DNA of 64,000 nucleotides, from assembly GCF_009914755.1 (NCBI RefSeq), contig NC_060944.1, one strand, 5' to 3'. The notes beneath the pieces are model-generated. The model was not told the origin of the DNA and did not search any database. It saw only the letters and a list, made by a program, of their open reading frames with translations. Position 1 is the stretch's first letter. Each line of letters opens with the position of its first letter. This stretch comes from the human T2T-CHM13v2.0 reference genome, Homo sapiens. Position numbers and translations under genes: made by a program. Shown piece by piece: positions 1 to 13,201 of this stretch.

Positions 1-1640
1 GCAAATGATTATCATGGCCAAGTACATTTCTTTTTATTAAAAGGTAGGACCATCTCTACTTAGATGTGCTGTGTCCTTCAACTTACTAGTAAATAGTCAC
101 TACCCACCTTAGCACTGTCTGCAGGTCTCCCAGAATCTTGTATTATTTGGCTTTATAGCCAGCGACACACAAGCACTTTATTTTAATTTATTGTGGGATT
201 AGAGAGTCTGAGCGAAGTTGGCCTTGCTCCATTTTAGGGTTAGAACAAATCTTGAGTTAGAGAAAATAGCCCTACCAGCTGAGAGAGCCAAGCAATCTAG
301 GTTTCTGTTTTTCTCAGCAGGAGCCAGTCAGGATGACCAGGGCTGACTGAAACATGTTCAGTGGCAGACATGTGATCAGGTTGCAGTATGGAAGGAGTTA
401 CCTGGTGATCTAGGACAGGTGCGTAGGTGAGCGAATCCCTTGTGATTCTCTTTTTCAGTACAACAGATCTCAAACTGCTGTCTGTTGAGTGCCTACTATA
501 CACATACCTCATTTGAAAGAATGGGTTTAATAGATGGGAGGGACAGCCCCAGCTTACAAATAAGAAGACTGAGGCTCAGAGGCTAAGCTCCATGCTTGTG
601 GCTTAACCAGCTAGTGAGTGCCAGAGACAAGATTTGAATCCATGTCCCTGTGATCCTAAATCCCCACATAAGGTTAATTAATTCACTTGTTGGCATGTCT
701 GGAGCAGATCCCAGGAGTTAGTGTTCTCCATGTACCTGTGTGTCTTTTTCAGCAATGGAACCATAATAGGCCTACTCATAAGCAGGCCCATCTATGGATA
801 AATAGCTCTCCTCATAGAGAATGGGTAATGTTAACCAAACACCTGCTGGAATGTGGACCATACTTTTTTTTTTTTTTTGAGAGTAGGGATGAGAAATGCC
901 AGTCCATCCCATTCTTCACAAAAATGGTGCACACTATAAATGGCTGGTTGGAGTGACTGCCACAGTCTGTGCTGTTCTGGAAAGACCTCTGATTTGGGTG
1001 TACTAGATCAAGCGTTCTTAACTAAAGAGCCATCACTAAGAGATGTGAATGCTCTGAAACTCCATGGAAAATGTTACATTTGTGTATGTGTTTCGGGAGG
1101 GTAGCATGCCTCCGTGTGTATCAGTCTCAAATGTCTGTCATGATTTGGAGGGAAAAGCAGATTTAGATTCCAGTGGCCCACAAAGGTACTTTGGACCTGA
1201 GGCAAATCACATTCCTTCTCAGGGCTATTGTTTCCATACTCAGAACCCCAGAATCAGATCAGAGATTTCTAGCCCTCCTTCCAGCTCTGAAAATTATAAA
1301 ACTCGAACTGCCCCCTGGAAAATCAAACTTTTAGCCCTCTCACATAGAAACAGGCATCTAACCCTTTGCTAATCATCCTTGAGAAGCCCTGAAGAGAGCT
1401 GAGCTGGGGGAAGGGTGGGCCAGAGCCTCCCTCCAGGCGGTTTCAGTAGTTAGTGTCTGTCTGAGGCAGCTAGTTGTCTGACTGTTGAGCAGGGAGCCCA
1501 GCAGGCAGGGACTCTCACTGGCACAATTTCAATCCTGGCTCTGTAACGCTCCACCTAGATGCCAGGCTACCTACCTCTCTGCCTAGTGATTTGAAAATGT
1601 AGATTTGCCTGGCCTTCCCCTTGGTGGAGCCTTGTTGCTT

Positions 1641-1676
1641 CTGTGTGTGTGTGTGCGTGTGTACATGCATGTGTGT
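1641..1676. repeat. Imperfect (TG)n alternating purine-pyrimidine tract
   Basis: tgtgtgtgtgtgtgcgtgtgtacatgcatgtgtg read directly. Confidence 0.85.
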
Positions 1677-3039
1677 TTTCTGCACTTCCTGGGCCCTCCC
1701 TTAGAGGCTGTTCTCTGCAGTGGGAACTACCACATCCACCCCATCTGCATTGACAGCTCCATAACCATCCTTCACCTCCATTTTATCCTGTCGAAATGAC
1801 GGAGCAGCTGAGCAGTGTTGGCCAGCAGATAAACCTGTTATCTTGCCTGCTCCCTGTGCCAGCAGCTCTCCCCGTCTCCTTGGTGCATGAAAAATTGACA
1901 CCACCTTGGGCTGAAATCTGTTCTTAGGGAAGCTACATTTATTAGTAGCTAATGAAACTCGGTGTGTGTATATATGTGTAAATTTGGGATGGCTGAAGTG
2001 TTTCCCTATCTGGCCGGCACCAGTAGCCTATGGCGTGCCTCAGCATCCAGATAGAGAGGTAGAAGGGCATAGGCATCAATTGGCAACCTATCCTTCACTT
2101 AAAATCCCAAATAGGTAAATATCATTTATTCTTAGTATACCATTGCAGTTGATCATGGTATACCTTGCTCCAGACTGTGGTGAGCCGTGGAAATGCATGC
2201 CAGTGTCATGTGCTGCCAAAGAAGATGGTTATTCTATTTATTACATTTTTCTCTTTGAAAATTACAGCTTCTGATACCCTCTCTGTGCCACCAGCACCCA
2301 GCCCTCCCTCCCCCATCTTGTTGAGGTATATAAAGAACATTCTCTTGCAACTCTTTCTCATCCATCTTAATCAGCAAGATTAAAAGGGAAAATTATTGAG
2401 AAGTTCTGGTTCAGTATTTTTGTGGAACTGCCTGAAACTCAAAGTCTCTTCTTTATTTAGACTGTGGTGGAAATTGCTTCCGCAAAGACTAATTCTGTAA
2501 AATAGAGAAAGAGGGTTGTTATTCATGTCTTACTCCATATGGCCTTTTACTTCATTTTACTCTTGTTAAAACTGTTAATTTTTTAATCCACATTTACATA
2601 GTGTCTGTCTTTTGGGCACAGTGAGCCCAAATATGAGGCGTATTTTCAGGCTTTGCATGGTCTCATTTACCTTCCTTCTTTAATAGCATTGATGATTGCC
2701 TTTTATATGTGGGAAGCATAACATGGTAGGAAAAGCTTACAGTTTGGAATCAGGCGACTTAGATTCAGATCTAAGATCCAGCCACCTACTCAAGCACATG
2801 ACCTTAAGTCCGTTAATCTCACCGAGCCATGGGTTCCACATTTATAAAATGGAGATGTGGATAGTACCTTTTCCACAGCTTAGTTTTGAGGATTCAGTGA
2901 AAAAATTGTGTACAGACTCAAGCCTACTGGCATAGATAAACAGTAACAATGATGACAGTTATTATTATACCCTACTTACGTTCAAATAGGAATTAGAAGG
3001 AGCTTTCACCAAAACAATATGGTGGCACTAAATCTTAGC

Positions 3040-4150
3040 TTTGAATAAGAATTTGTCAAAACACAAATGTTAAATTAGGGAACCTATTTGCAACATATTT
3101 GGAAAAGGGTAATATGCTTAATTTATAAAGAGTTCATAGAAGTCAAAATTGAGCAAAGGATAAGGGCAGGCAGTTCAAGAAAAAGCAGTACAAGTGGCCA
3201 GTAAACATAGTGTGATGGTTAATTTTATGTTAAGTTGACTGGGCTGTGGGATACCCAAATCGTTGGCAAAACATTATTCCTTTGGGCTTGGGTTGGTACT
3301 ACTCCATTGGCTTTCCTGGGCCTTCAACCTGCAGATAACAGATCACGGGCCTTCTCAGTCTCCATAATTGCACAAGCCCATCCCTCATAATAAATCTTTT
3401 CCTGTACATTTTTATATTTCCTATTCTGTTTCTCTGGAGAACCCTAATACACATAGGAAAAGATGTTTAACCTCATTCGTAACAAGAACAAAAACATGCT
3501 AATCAAAAGAAGATCTCATTTTTCACCTACTGGGCTGTCACAATTACTAAGTTGGATAATATGCAATCTGAGTGAGGATATGAGAAGACAGATGCTCATA
3601 TATATACTAATAGTGGGTATGTCATTAGTACAGCCATTTTGGAAGACAGTTTGTCAGTGTCTTTCAACATTTCATGTGTAAATTTCTTTTGATGCTTTAA
3701 TTCCACTACTAGGAATATGTTTTAAGAATATTTGTGCAAAAGTAAGTCAAAATATGTGGGCTTGTATACTCATTGCAGCATTGCTTCTAATAGCAAGAAT
3801 AAAATAACGCAAAACTGGAAACTACCTAAAATACCCATGAATGGGGCGCTAGTTAAAATTGTGATAAATAAGCTCAGTGGAATTCTAGATAGCCATTTTT
3901 AAAAAATGAAGTGTGGGTGCCGATATGGAAATATATATTAGGGAATATTTAGATATATGAAATGCAAAATTTTCCCCCTGAAAATGTACACAAGGTACCT
4001 TGTAGTTTTTCTTGGGAGAGAAGAATGGGTTCGTGGAAGGAATATGGGAAAAGAAATATATTAGTATAGATGCTCAATAAATATCAAGTACACGTTGTAC
4101 CTTTTCATGTAGTTTGATTTTTACCTCATACATCCATTGCTTTTATTTTA
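3040..4150 (+). mobile_element. Old L1 (L1M-type) 3' fragment, interrupted by an MLT2 LTR
   Basis: A-rich with L1 3'-end phrases (cagccattttggaagacagtttg, aattccactactaggaatat, ttcattgcagcattg-like). Boundaries approximate. Confidence 0.7.
3211..3451. mobile_element. MLT2-family (ERVL) solo LTR, internally deleted
   Basis: Starts TGTGATGGTTAATTTTATGT, ends TTTCTCTGGAGAACCCTAATACA; TG...CA termini; 5-bp TSD CATAG at 3206-3210 and 3452-3456. Confidence 0.85.
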
Positions 4151-5839
4151 AACTCCATTGGTAGGGGGTGAAGGGAATCAGTAACAACAAAACAGTAAAA
4201 GAAATTGCTTTCTGTGGTTGTGTGTAAATTCATCTTTGAGCTTCCTAATAGCCCAGGCAAAGAAGGAACATTGATAAGGAAATACAAAAAATTTATCAGG
4301 AAAGAGAAACATTTTCTTGATCTTGATCTCTGAAAGGACTGTGGCTGCTGAGGAGATTGGTGTAAACTCAGATCCAATGCTGTCTCTCCCCAGCTTAAAA
4401 TTCACTGGTAGGCCCTTGCCCCTGTTCTCCATGGTCAGCCTTTGCCCACCTCACTGGCCTCCCCTCTCCCACATGGACATGGCAGTCCATTCATACTGAC
4501 TTTTGCATATATTGTTCCTTCTGCCTGGAATGTTCTCTCCTTTTCTCTGCCTTGTTGTTGGCTATGGCTCTTCTTTGTTTTTTAAGATTTTCAGTTGTTG
4601 GTTATGTCCAGTAGGAACCCTTGGAAGTCAGTTGTCCCTCCTCTATGTTGCCCACGTCCTGTTTGCCTCCCTCAGTAATGGAACTTGTTACACAGTGCTA
4701 TAATTGTTTTGTTTTCTTCACTAAATGAGGAGCTTCTTCAGGTTAGGGAGGGTGTGTTGTTTGTTTATGGCCCTGAACACTCAGCACTTGCTAGGCACAG
4801 AGGTAAACTGGTCAGTGGATGAGGGAGTAATCTGAAGTTTGAGTTCTGCCTCTTCCACCAATTAGCTCTGTGGACAAGTCACTTCTCTCTGGCCTCGGTT
4901 TTTCCATCATACAATGAGAAATTTGGCTCAAATAATCGATGAGAACTTTGGCTCTGATTTTTTTTTTCTTCCTCTGTGGTTGTCAGATTGTCATATATAT
5001 AATACCAGGATGTTGTCACCAGCTGTCATACTAAGTAATTCCAAAGTTTTAGAACTGATCTTGTTAGAATTCACTGCATTTATTATGGCCTGTCCCATAT
5101 CTGTTCACCAGCTGAAGAGATCACAGCTACTTCCAACTTGGTTGGCACAAGGTTACAGAGTTGATTCTGTCCCTCATTCTTTCTGCCCCTAACCTTTTCT
5201 CGTTGGCATACACAAAGGTCAGAGCACTTTCCCTGAAGTGCATCTTCACAGACGTTCCTTTCTTATCCTACTTTCTCACCCCGAGCTGAGCTCTGTTAGC
5301 TCGCCATCCTTACCCTGGGTTCATGGGGTTTTTTGTCTTCCTGTGAAGGCAGGGCCCGTTCTCTCCACTACTTTCTACCCTCATCCCACCCCAGTGAGTG
5401 ACTACGGCAGACGGAGGTTACACCACCTCAATCCCAGCTTTACATAAAAGTTGAAAGGAAGATACTGGGGGAGCCTGGGGTCTTGAGAAGGTATATAGTA
5501 CCTCTGTCCACAGCATATTTTAAGAAAAATGTTATATTTTCAATACCTAAAAAAATGGATTCTACCAATTAGAAATATGTTATTGAAATTGATGGCGCCC
5601 TCAGAAAAAGCTGTTTACCTGCTCCCACGTACAAAAACTCTTTAAGAACCATCTTGTAACTGAACAATTTGAAAGCATATTAGCAATGCAAAGGTAGTAT
5701 TGCTCTGAATTTGGGCTAGGCATTATATATAAAAGTGCAAAAGTATTTGAAGGCATTTGAAACATATCCAGAATTCAAAAGTGGCCTGTTTGCCCCCATG
5801 CCCACCTCCACCACTGAAAACTTTTATATCGATAGCCTG

Positions 5840-7230
<1,391 letters not shown>

Positions 7231-8174
7231 GAAAAACACACTGGCACAAAATTATATCCGTGCTATAATCAGAGAAGTAAGAATGCTTCCTTGTGGCCTC
7301 AGTAGTCAGATGACATTCTTGGGAATCCAAGGTAACTGGCATAGGAAGATGCTCATCAGTTTTCAAATAAACTGTTTGTTGTTCACACTGTGAGCATTTT
7401 ATTTCAAAATAAACTTTGTTCTGCCATTTCTCCACGAGTAGACTTTTGTCACCTGCTTTTCAAGGTCATTATTCTTGATTTTTTGAAAGTTCTTTTTAAA
7501 GAAAAGAATCTCTTTCACCTGAAGCCTATAATATACCCTTGAATTACCCTCTTCTTCCAAGAGTAGAAGAATAGTATTTCATAATAGAAGCCGCTGGGTT
7601 GTTGAACTCAGAAAGCCCTGTTAACTGTTTTGAAGTGCTTACAGTACAGCCACCTTTAAACTTGAAGCGGGGATGTTAGCTGCACCAGAATGTAAGTGAT
7701 AGCACTGGGTCCCTATCATATTTCATATTTAATTCCAGGCTGTTTACTTGGGAAAGTTATAAGGTAATTTGAGAATTCGATACAGCATGTCTTATCTCCA
7801 TTATTTGTTCATGCCATGGCTGGTGTTCATATTCTATTCACAGGTTATTTCTGTAAAGGTGGGATTAGTTTGAGATTCTGTTGTGGACAATAAAAATCAA
7901 TTAATTCCAGACAGAAAAGGAATTCTAACTTAGTTTTGATTCACTTACTCAAGTTGTCCTTGAGGATCTCATCTCTTTTGAATATGTTTTTTGTGCAATG
8001 TGAAGATTGGTTCGGTTTTTTAGTGACACAATTTAGGTTCTTGTCTTATTAATCAATAGCAGCAGTCAGAAAGGCCTACTTATTCTGCCCTCAATAGAAC
8101 CAGACGAGGCTTGAAGAGAGGTAATAATTACTGCTCTGATCTCAGCATGTTCTCTTTTCTCTTTCCCAACCCAG

Positions 8175-8272
8175 AGCATGTCTGTTCGATCCTGGCTTCC
8201 CTCCTGCGGAACCTGAGAGGGCAGCAGCGGACCCGGCTTCTGAATAAATTCACTGAAAATGACAGTGAGAAG
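8175..8272 (+). CDS. CTNNBL1: CTNNBL1 internal coding exon (probably exon 12), (E)HVCSILASLLRNLRGQQRTRLLNKFTENDSEK
   Basis: Pyrimidine tract + CCAG acceptor ending 8174; AAG|GTGGGT donor at 8273; 98 nt, phase 1 to 0; peptide recognised as CTNNBL1. Exon numbering is from memory. Confidence 0.96.
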
Positions 8273-8795
8273 GTGGGTGACTGTTGGACTGTAAAGCTGG
8301 GACCGGGACTGATAGAAAGGCTCTTTACCTGATGTGATCTGAGGGATACTGGGTTGAGTGGTCCTACCCTAAAATTCTCTTTTCTGGCACCTGGGCCCTG
8401 TTGCTTTGCGTGTCAAAGGCTCTTCTGGTTATTCTGCTTTTCATCTCCAAATGCATTCTCCTGGGAGTAGTAACACCTGAGGATGATACCACTAGTACTT
8501 GAGGGGATTTTTAGACCCAAAGAGCGTGGATTAGACTAGGATTTTTGTTGAGGGCTGCTGCACAGCATAGCAAAGTGATTAAGAGCATTGGCTTTGGATA
8601 CAGACTTGAGATTTGAACCTGTTTTCGCTGCTTTTGAGATGTGTGCCACTCTGAACCTCAGTTTCACCAGCTTCAACATGGGGACATCAATACTCATCTT
8701 GAAGGGTCAGTGGGAGGTGAATTAGATAAGGTCTTACTAAGGTGGTGGTAATAAAATGAAGATAATGATAAGGAAATGGTAGAGCCTGCCCTAAA

Positions 8796-9065
8796 TGGGC
8801 TATGGAAGCTGGGAACTCAATTACATGAAATTAGATGGATTGGGCTATGGAAGCTGGGAACCCAATTACATGAGATTAGATGGATCGGGCTATGGAAGCT
8901 GGGAACACAGTTACATGAGATTAGATGGATCGGGCTATGGAAGCTGGGAACACAATTACATGAGATTAGATGGTTCGGGCTATGGAAGCTGGGAACACAA
9001 TTACATGACATTAGATGGATTGGGCTATGGAAGCTGGGAACACAGTGACATGAGATTAGATGGAT
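8796..9065. repeat. Minisatellite, 6 x 45 bp
   Basis: Unit about TGGGCTATGGAAGCTGGGAACACAATTACATGAGATTAGATGGAT; 15-aa periodicity in three ORFs of the track. Confidence 0.95.
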
Positions 9066-10411
9066 ATTTTATATCTTTAGTATGCCAGACGATAGGATTT
9101 TTAACAGTAATAAGAGCTACCATTTATTGAGTGACTACTATGGATTGGATAATAGAGAAGATGACTTTCATCGTTGCATATATTGTTACAACACTGTGGT
9201 TTATTTATCCTTGTATAGTTATTATTTGCATTGACAGGCAAAGCAGTTGAAGCTTAGAGACATTATGTAACTTACCCAAGAAAGGTTTAAGACTGTCTCT
9301 TTGAGCTATCTCTGACCATTTTTTCTACCCTCACCAGGAGTATAGCATGATGAAGAGGTCATCAGGTTAGGACACGGAGATCTTAGTAGTCACGTCACCC
9401 TAGTGACATCAGTTAACATCTGTGCTTCGGTTTCCTCATCTTTGAAATGGGGTTTGCTACCTGTCTTCCCTGCACACCTTGTCAGGTTTTTTTTAAGGTT
9501 TAAGGAAATAATGGTCATGAAAATACTTTATAAGCTGCAACATTAAGGTCTTAGGGTCATCAGTGTTGGCTAAAGAAGGTTTGACCACAGTCTTCTCAGA
9601 CTGTCTGATGGCATGTTGCAGGAACATCACCTATTAAGCAATCAGTATCAGCACCTGGGTAAATGAATGCCAGAGTTGCCAAGGGCTGTGGTGGTGCCAA
9701 CCTGATAAAAAGATAAGTCAGGAGTCTGGGCTGGCTTCACAGTGTTTCTTCAGTCATTTTGGAGTCTTGGGGAAAAAACAAAACTTTTTCAAATCCACTG
9801 AGTGTTCCTCAAGCCATGTTTGAAGCATGACTTTGCTCAACTTAAAACTGATTTTTAAGTTATTGCCAAGCAAAAGTCAGGGCCTTTTTTAAAGTTGCTG
9901 AAGGAGGTTTTCTTGCTCTCTCTTCTGACTCAAAAGCAACTAAAAAGATTTTACTCAGGCATTTTTAAAAAAAGATCAGCTCTGGGGCAGAATCTGAACA
10001 TGAAAGGTTTCAGTTTGAAAAAAGAAATTTCTGTAAAGTTCTAAGTGAATATCAAGTGTGTAACTTCAAGCTCCTTCTCTTGGCAAGAAGGGACTTGAAT
10101 TTTTATCTATTTATTTGTTTTTAACAACGTGCATTCCTGGGAGTTCTAGAAGGGCTGAGAATGCATAGCCTCCTTTCGGGAATGGGCCTGGTTCAAACTG
10201 CATTCATCCTAAGTGTTTGCTTTGTTCTGCCCCAGCCCTTTGATCCATTCCTGATGTGTCCCTAAGCAAAGCTTCTCTCATCCGCTGTAAGGAGTGCCAG
10301 AGCGGGTCTCCCTTTGTAAGGGAGCGACAGTGAGATGAATAGGAGTGCCACTGTTCTCTTGCTGTGCGTTGTCTTTCCTTCTCACTCAAGCCTGTGAAAT
10401 CTCTCTTTCAG

Positions 10412-10492
10412 GTTGACAGACTAATGGAGTTGCATTTTAAATATCTGGGTGCAATGCAGGTGGCGGACAAGAAGATTGAAGGGGAAAAACAC
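10412..10492 (+). CDS. CTNNBL1: CTNNBL1 coding exon (probably exon 13), VDRLMELHFKYLGAMQVADKKIEGEKH
   Basis: ctctctttcag acceptor; CAC|GTATGT donor; 81 nt, phase 0-0; in frame with the previous exon. Confidence 0.97.
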
Positions 10493-11629
10493 GTATGTAT
10501 CCCTGCCTCACTTTTGCCAGCTATTGACTTGCCCTCCGTTTGGGTCCCTTGTGTTCCTCCCATCACCCCACAGGATAGGTAAGGGCAGCAGTGCCATCTA
10601 ACATGTTATAGAAGTAGAGCAGATGATGGTCTGCCAAGTGGTTACGACTGCTCTTCTGACACGAATGACACCCTTTCAGGAAGAAGTATGTGTAGCGTCC
10701 ATCCAGGTCTGACCTGGGAGTCTGGGTGGACAGCACAGGCACCCTTGACAAGAGCTTCTCTTCGAAAATCTGGCCAAAGTACAAGGCTGTGACCTGGTAC
10801 CATGTTGGCAGAGCATGTCTTAGTACTCACACTTGCTGGCTTCTGAAATCCTGAAGGAGGCATGCTGAGGAAGGGTGATCACAGCGTAGAGGAGCTGGAA
10901 GGAAACTGAATGGTCCTGGAATCCAGTTACCCCATTTACAGATGGAAAACTGGAGACCTAGAGAACGGAAGCTCAGATGCATTGCAGCCAAGCCAAACCG
11001 CAGGTTCTGAAGGGCTGACCCTTGTTTTCTCATGTTGATTGTTGCTAAGAGAAGTGACACCTGCTGGATGTTTTTTCTGGAGGGGCTGTGCTTACTATGG
11101 TGTTATCCCACCCTCTGTGTTTTTCACCTCCTTCCGTTTTGTTCTCCACCATCTCTGGCCACTGTAGCTTTCCATCTGTATTCCTTAATCAGGGTAAGTT
11201 TTCCTATCACTGTTTAATGTCCAATTTGTATTCGCTCCCCTACAAGACACTTCTCAAGTCTTCAGTCACATTATAAAATGACGCCTGGCTTACTTTTTTC
11301 CAAGTCTACAGGAGACCTCATTTTCCTTGTGATCTTGTTTTGCTGCATCACTCCATCCTTTTCAGTCTTTTCTTAAAGATACACTTGAGGCTTTTGAACT
11401 TCACTGGTGGAAGGACTGATTTTAGTATAGCCCTCCCCACCTTCCCGTGTTGGGATCATCCAGCTAAGGCTACCGTGTTGCACTGGGAATTACACCAGCA
11501 TTTTCCCTCGGGGCATGCCTCAGGCCAGAGTGAGAGACTAGGGCTGTGGGGATGTGGGGAGACAGTGACCTTGTTATCTGTCCTGTTTCTCTTTGCCACT
11601 TCTTATCCACCTCTTCCCTTTCATAAAAT

Positions 11630-12611
11630 GTGGCAAGATTACCTTTTCTACTAGACTGCTGCACCTCTATCTAGAAGACCAGTCAGTCACTGACCAACCT
11701 ATCACTGCGCTTTTAATTCATTCCATCGTCCAAAAATGTCAGAGTTACCAAAGGTTGTTTAACTTAACCTGAGGGAATGAGGGAAAACATGAAGCTTGAG
11801 GGGTTGGATCACCTTGGCTAGTATCATTCATGAACACCAGCAGATAGGTAGCTGTGCTTTTCATTCTTGTGATTTCCCTATGATCCCTAAACTGAGTAAG
11901 TCCTCAGAAGTTTGCGGATTGATTGAATTGATTAACTGGGGCTTTCTTCTTTTATACAGTGATACTACTGCAAGATAAAAGGCAGAGACTCTAAATTCTG
12001 AGGCTGCACTTTAGATATTAGCATGTTCCACCACAATTCTTTCATTCCAATTCACCCCAACCCCTTTGTTCTTTAATTAAACTTTCCGTTTCCATCTTTT
12101 CTACCCTATACAGTAACTTGGACGTGAAGGACACTCAGTGGTTGTTAAATTGTGGGAATAATGTACTCCTTCTCTTTATCTGAATGATAATTAGAAACAA
12201 CTTGAAATTCCCTGGACTTTTGTAAGGAAAAAGCCATGAGACAGTTAGAACTCCAGCCCTGACAGAATCCCCGATGTTATCTGCTAGGGAGGTTTTGAGG
12301 GGTGGCAAAGAGAAGACCTGGGAGTCAGGGGACCTAGGATTTAAGAGCAAGCACCACCTTTAAATCACTGCTTGTCACTATGCCTCATGTAGCCTCAGTT
12401 TCTGGCCTATAAAGTGATACTAGCCAAGGTGATCCAACCCCTCAAGCTTCATGTTTTCCCTCATTCCCTCAGGTTAAGTTAAACAACGTTTGGTAACTCT
12501 GCCATTTTTGGACAATGGAATGAATTAAAAGCGCAGTGATAGGTTGGTCAGTGACTGACTGGTCTTCTAGATAGAGGTGCAACGGTCTAGTAGAAAAGGT
12601 AATCTTGCCAC
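11630..12611. repeat. Long inverted repeat: arms 11630-11826 and 12415-12611, spacer 588 bp
   Basis: Manual reverse-complement alignment: 197 bp, 5 mismatches, no indels. Confidence 0.95.
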
Positions 12612-12701
12612 TTCTAGCTCTGAGATTTTGGATAATCGAGGTGACCTTCCTAAGCTTTGTTTTCTCATCTGTAAAATTAGAATAAAAACACCTCCCTTTT
12701 G

Positions 12702-13038
12702 GGCCAGACACAATGGCTCACACCTGAACTTTGGGAGGCCAGACATCCCTACCTTTTTAGGGTAGGCCAAAAATTTTGGGAGGCCAAGGCGGGCAGATCA
12801 CTTGAGGTCAGAAATTTGAGACCAGCCTGGCCGACAAAGCAAAACCCCCATTTCTACTAAAAATACAAAAATTAGCTGGGCATGATGGCGCACGCGTGTA
12901 ATCCCAGTTACTCGGGAGGCTGAGGCACGAGAGTCACTTGAGCCTGAGAGGTAAGGGTTGCAACAAGCCGAGATTGTGCCACTGCACTCCAGCCTGGGTG
13001 ACAGAGCGAGACCCTGTCTCAAAAAATAAAAACAAAAC
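12702..13038 (+). mobile_element. Alu (AluS-like) with rearranged left arm, inserted in a MIR
   Basis: Alu consensus; aaaacacctc on both sides; MIR-like ttttctcatctgtaaaattagaataa immediately upstream. Confidence 0.9.
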
Positions 13039-13163
13039 ACCTCGCGTTAAAGGTTATTATGAAGACTAAGCATAAAGTATAGAAAGTACTTTGCTCAGTA
13101 AGTAGAAGCTCCCGCCGCTGCTGCTGCTAGAATTTCCTAGCTTCCTTTGGAATTCTTGTGTAA

Positions 13164-13201
13164 TTTTTTAGTAAGCCTTTTAGTAAGCCTTTTTAGTAAG
13201 C
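13164..13201. repeat. Short tandem triplication (ttttagtaagcc-like x3)
   Basis: ttttttagtaagcc ttttagtaagcc tttttagtaagc read directly. Confidence 0.85.

Noticed and set aside
8796-9065. Regular repeat as a CRISPR array or repeat-protein gene
   Set aside because: Units are contiguous with no unique spacers, the context is a human intron, and no convincing splice sites bound it.
11630-12611. Inverted repeat as an intact DNA transposon or MITE
   Set aside because: No TSD, no transposase remnant, and arm identity too high for the extinct human DNA transposon families.
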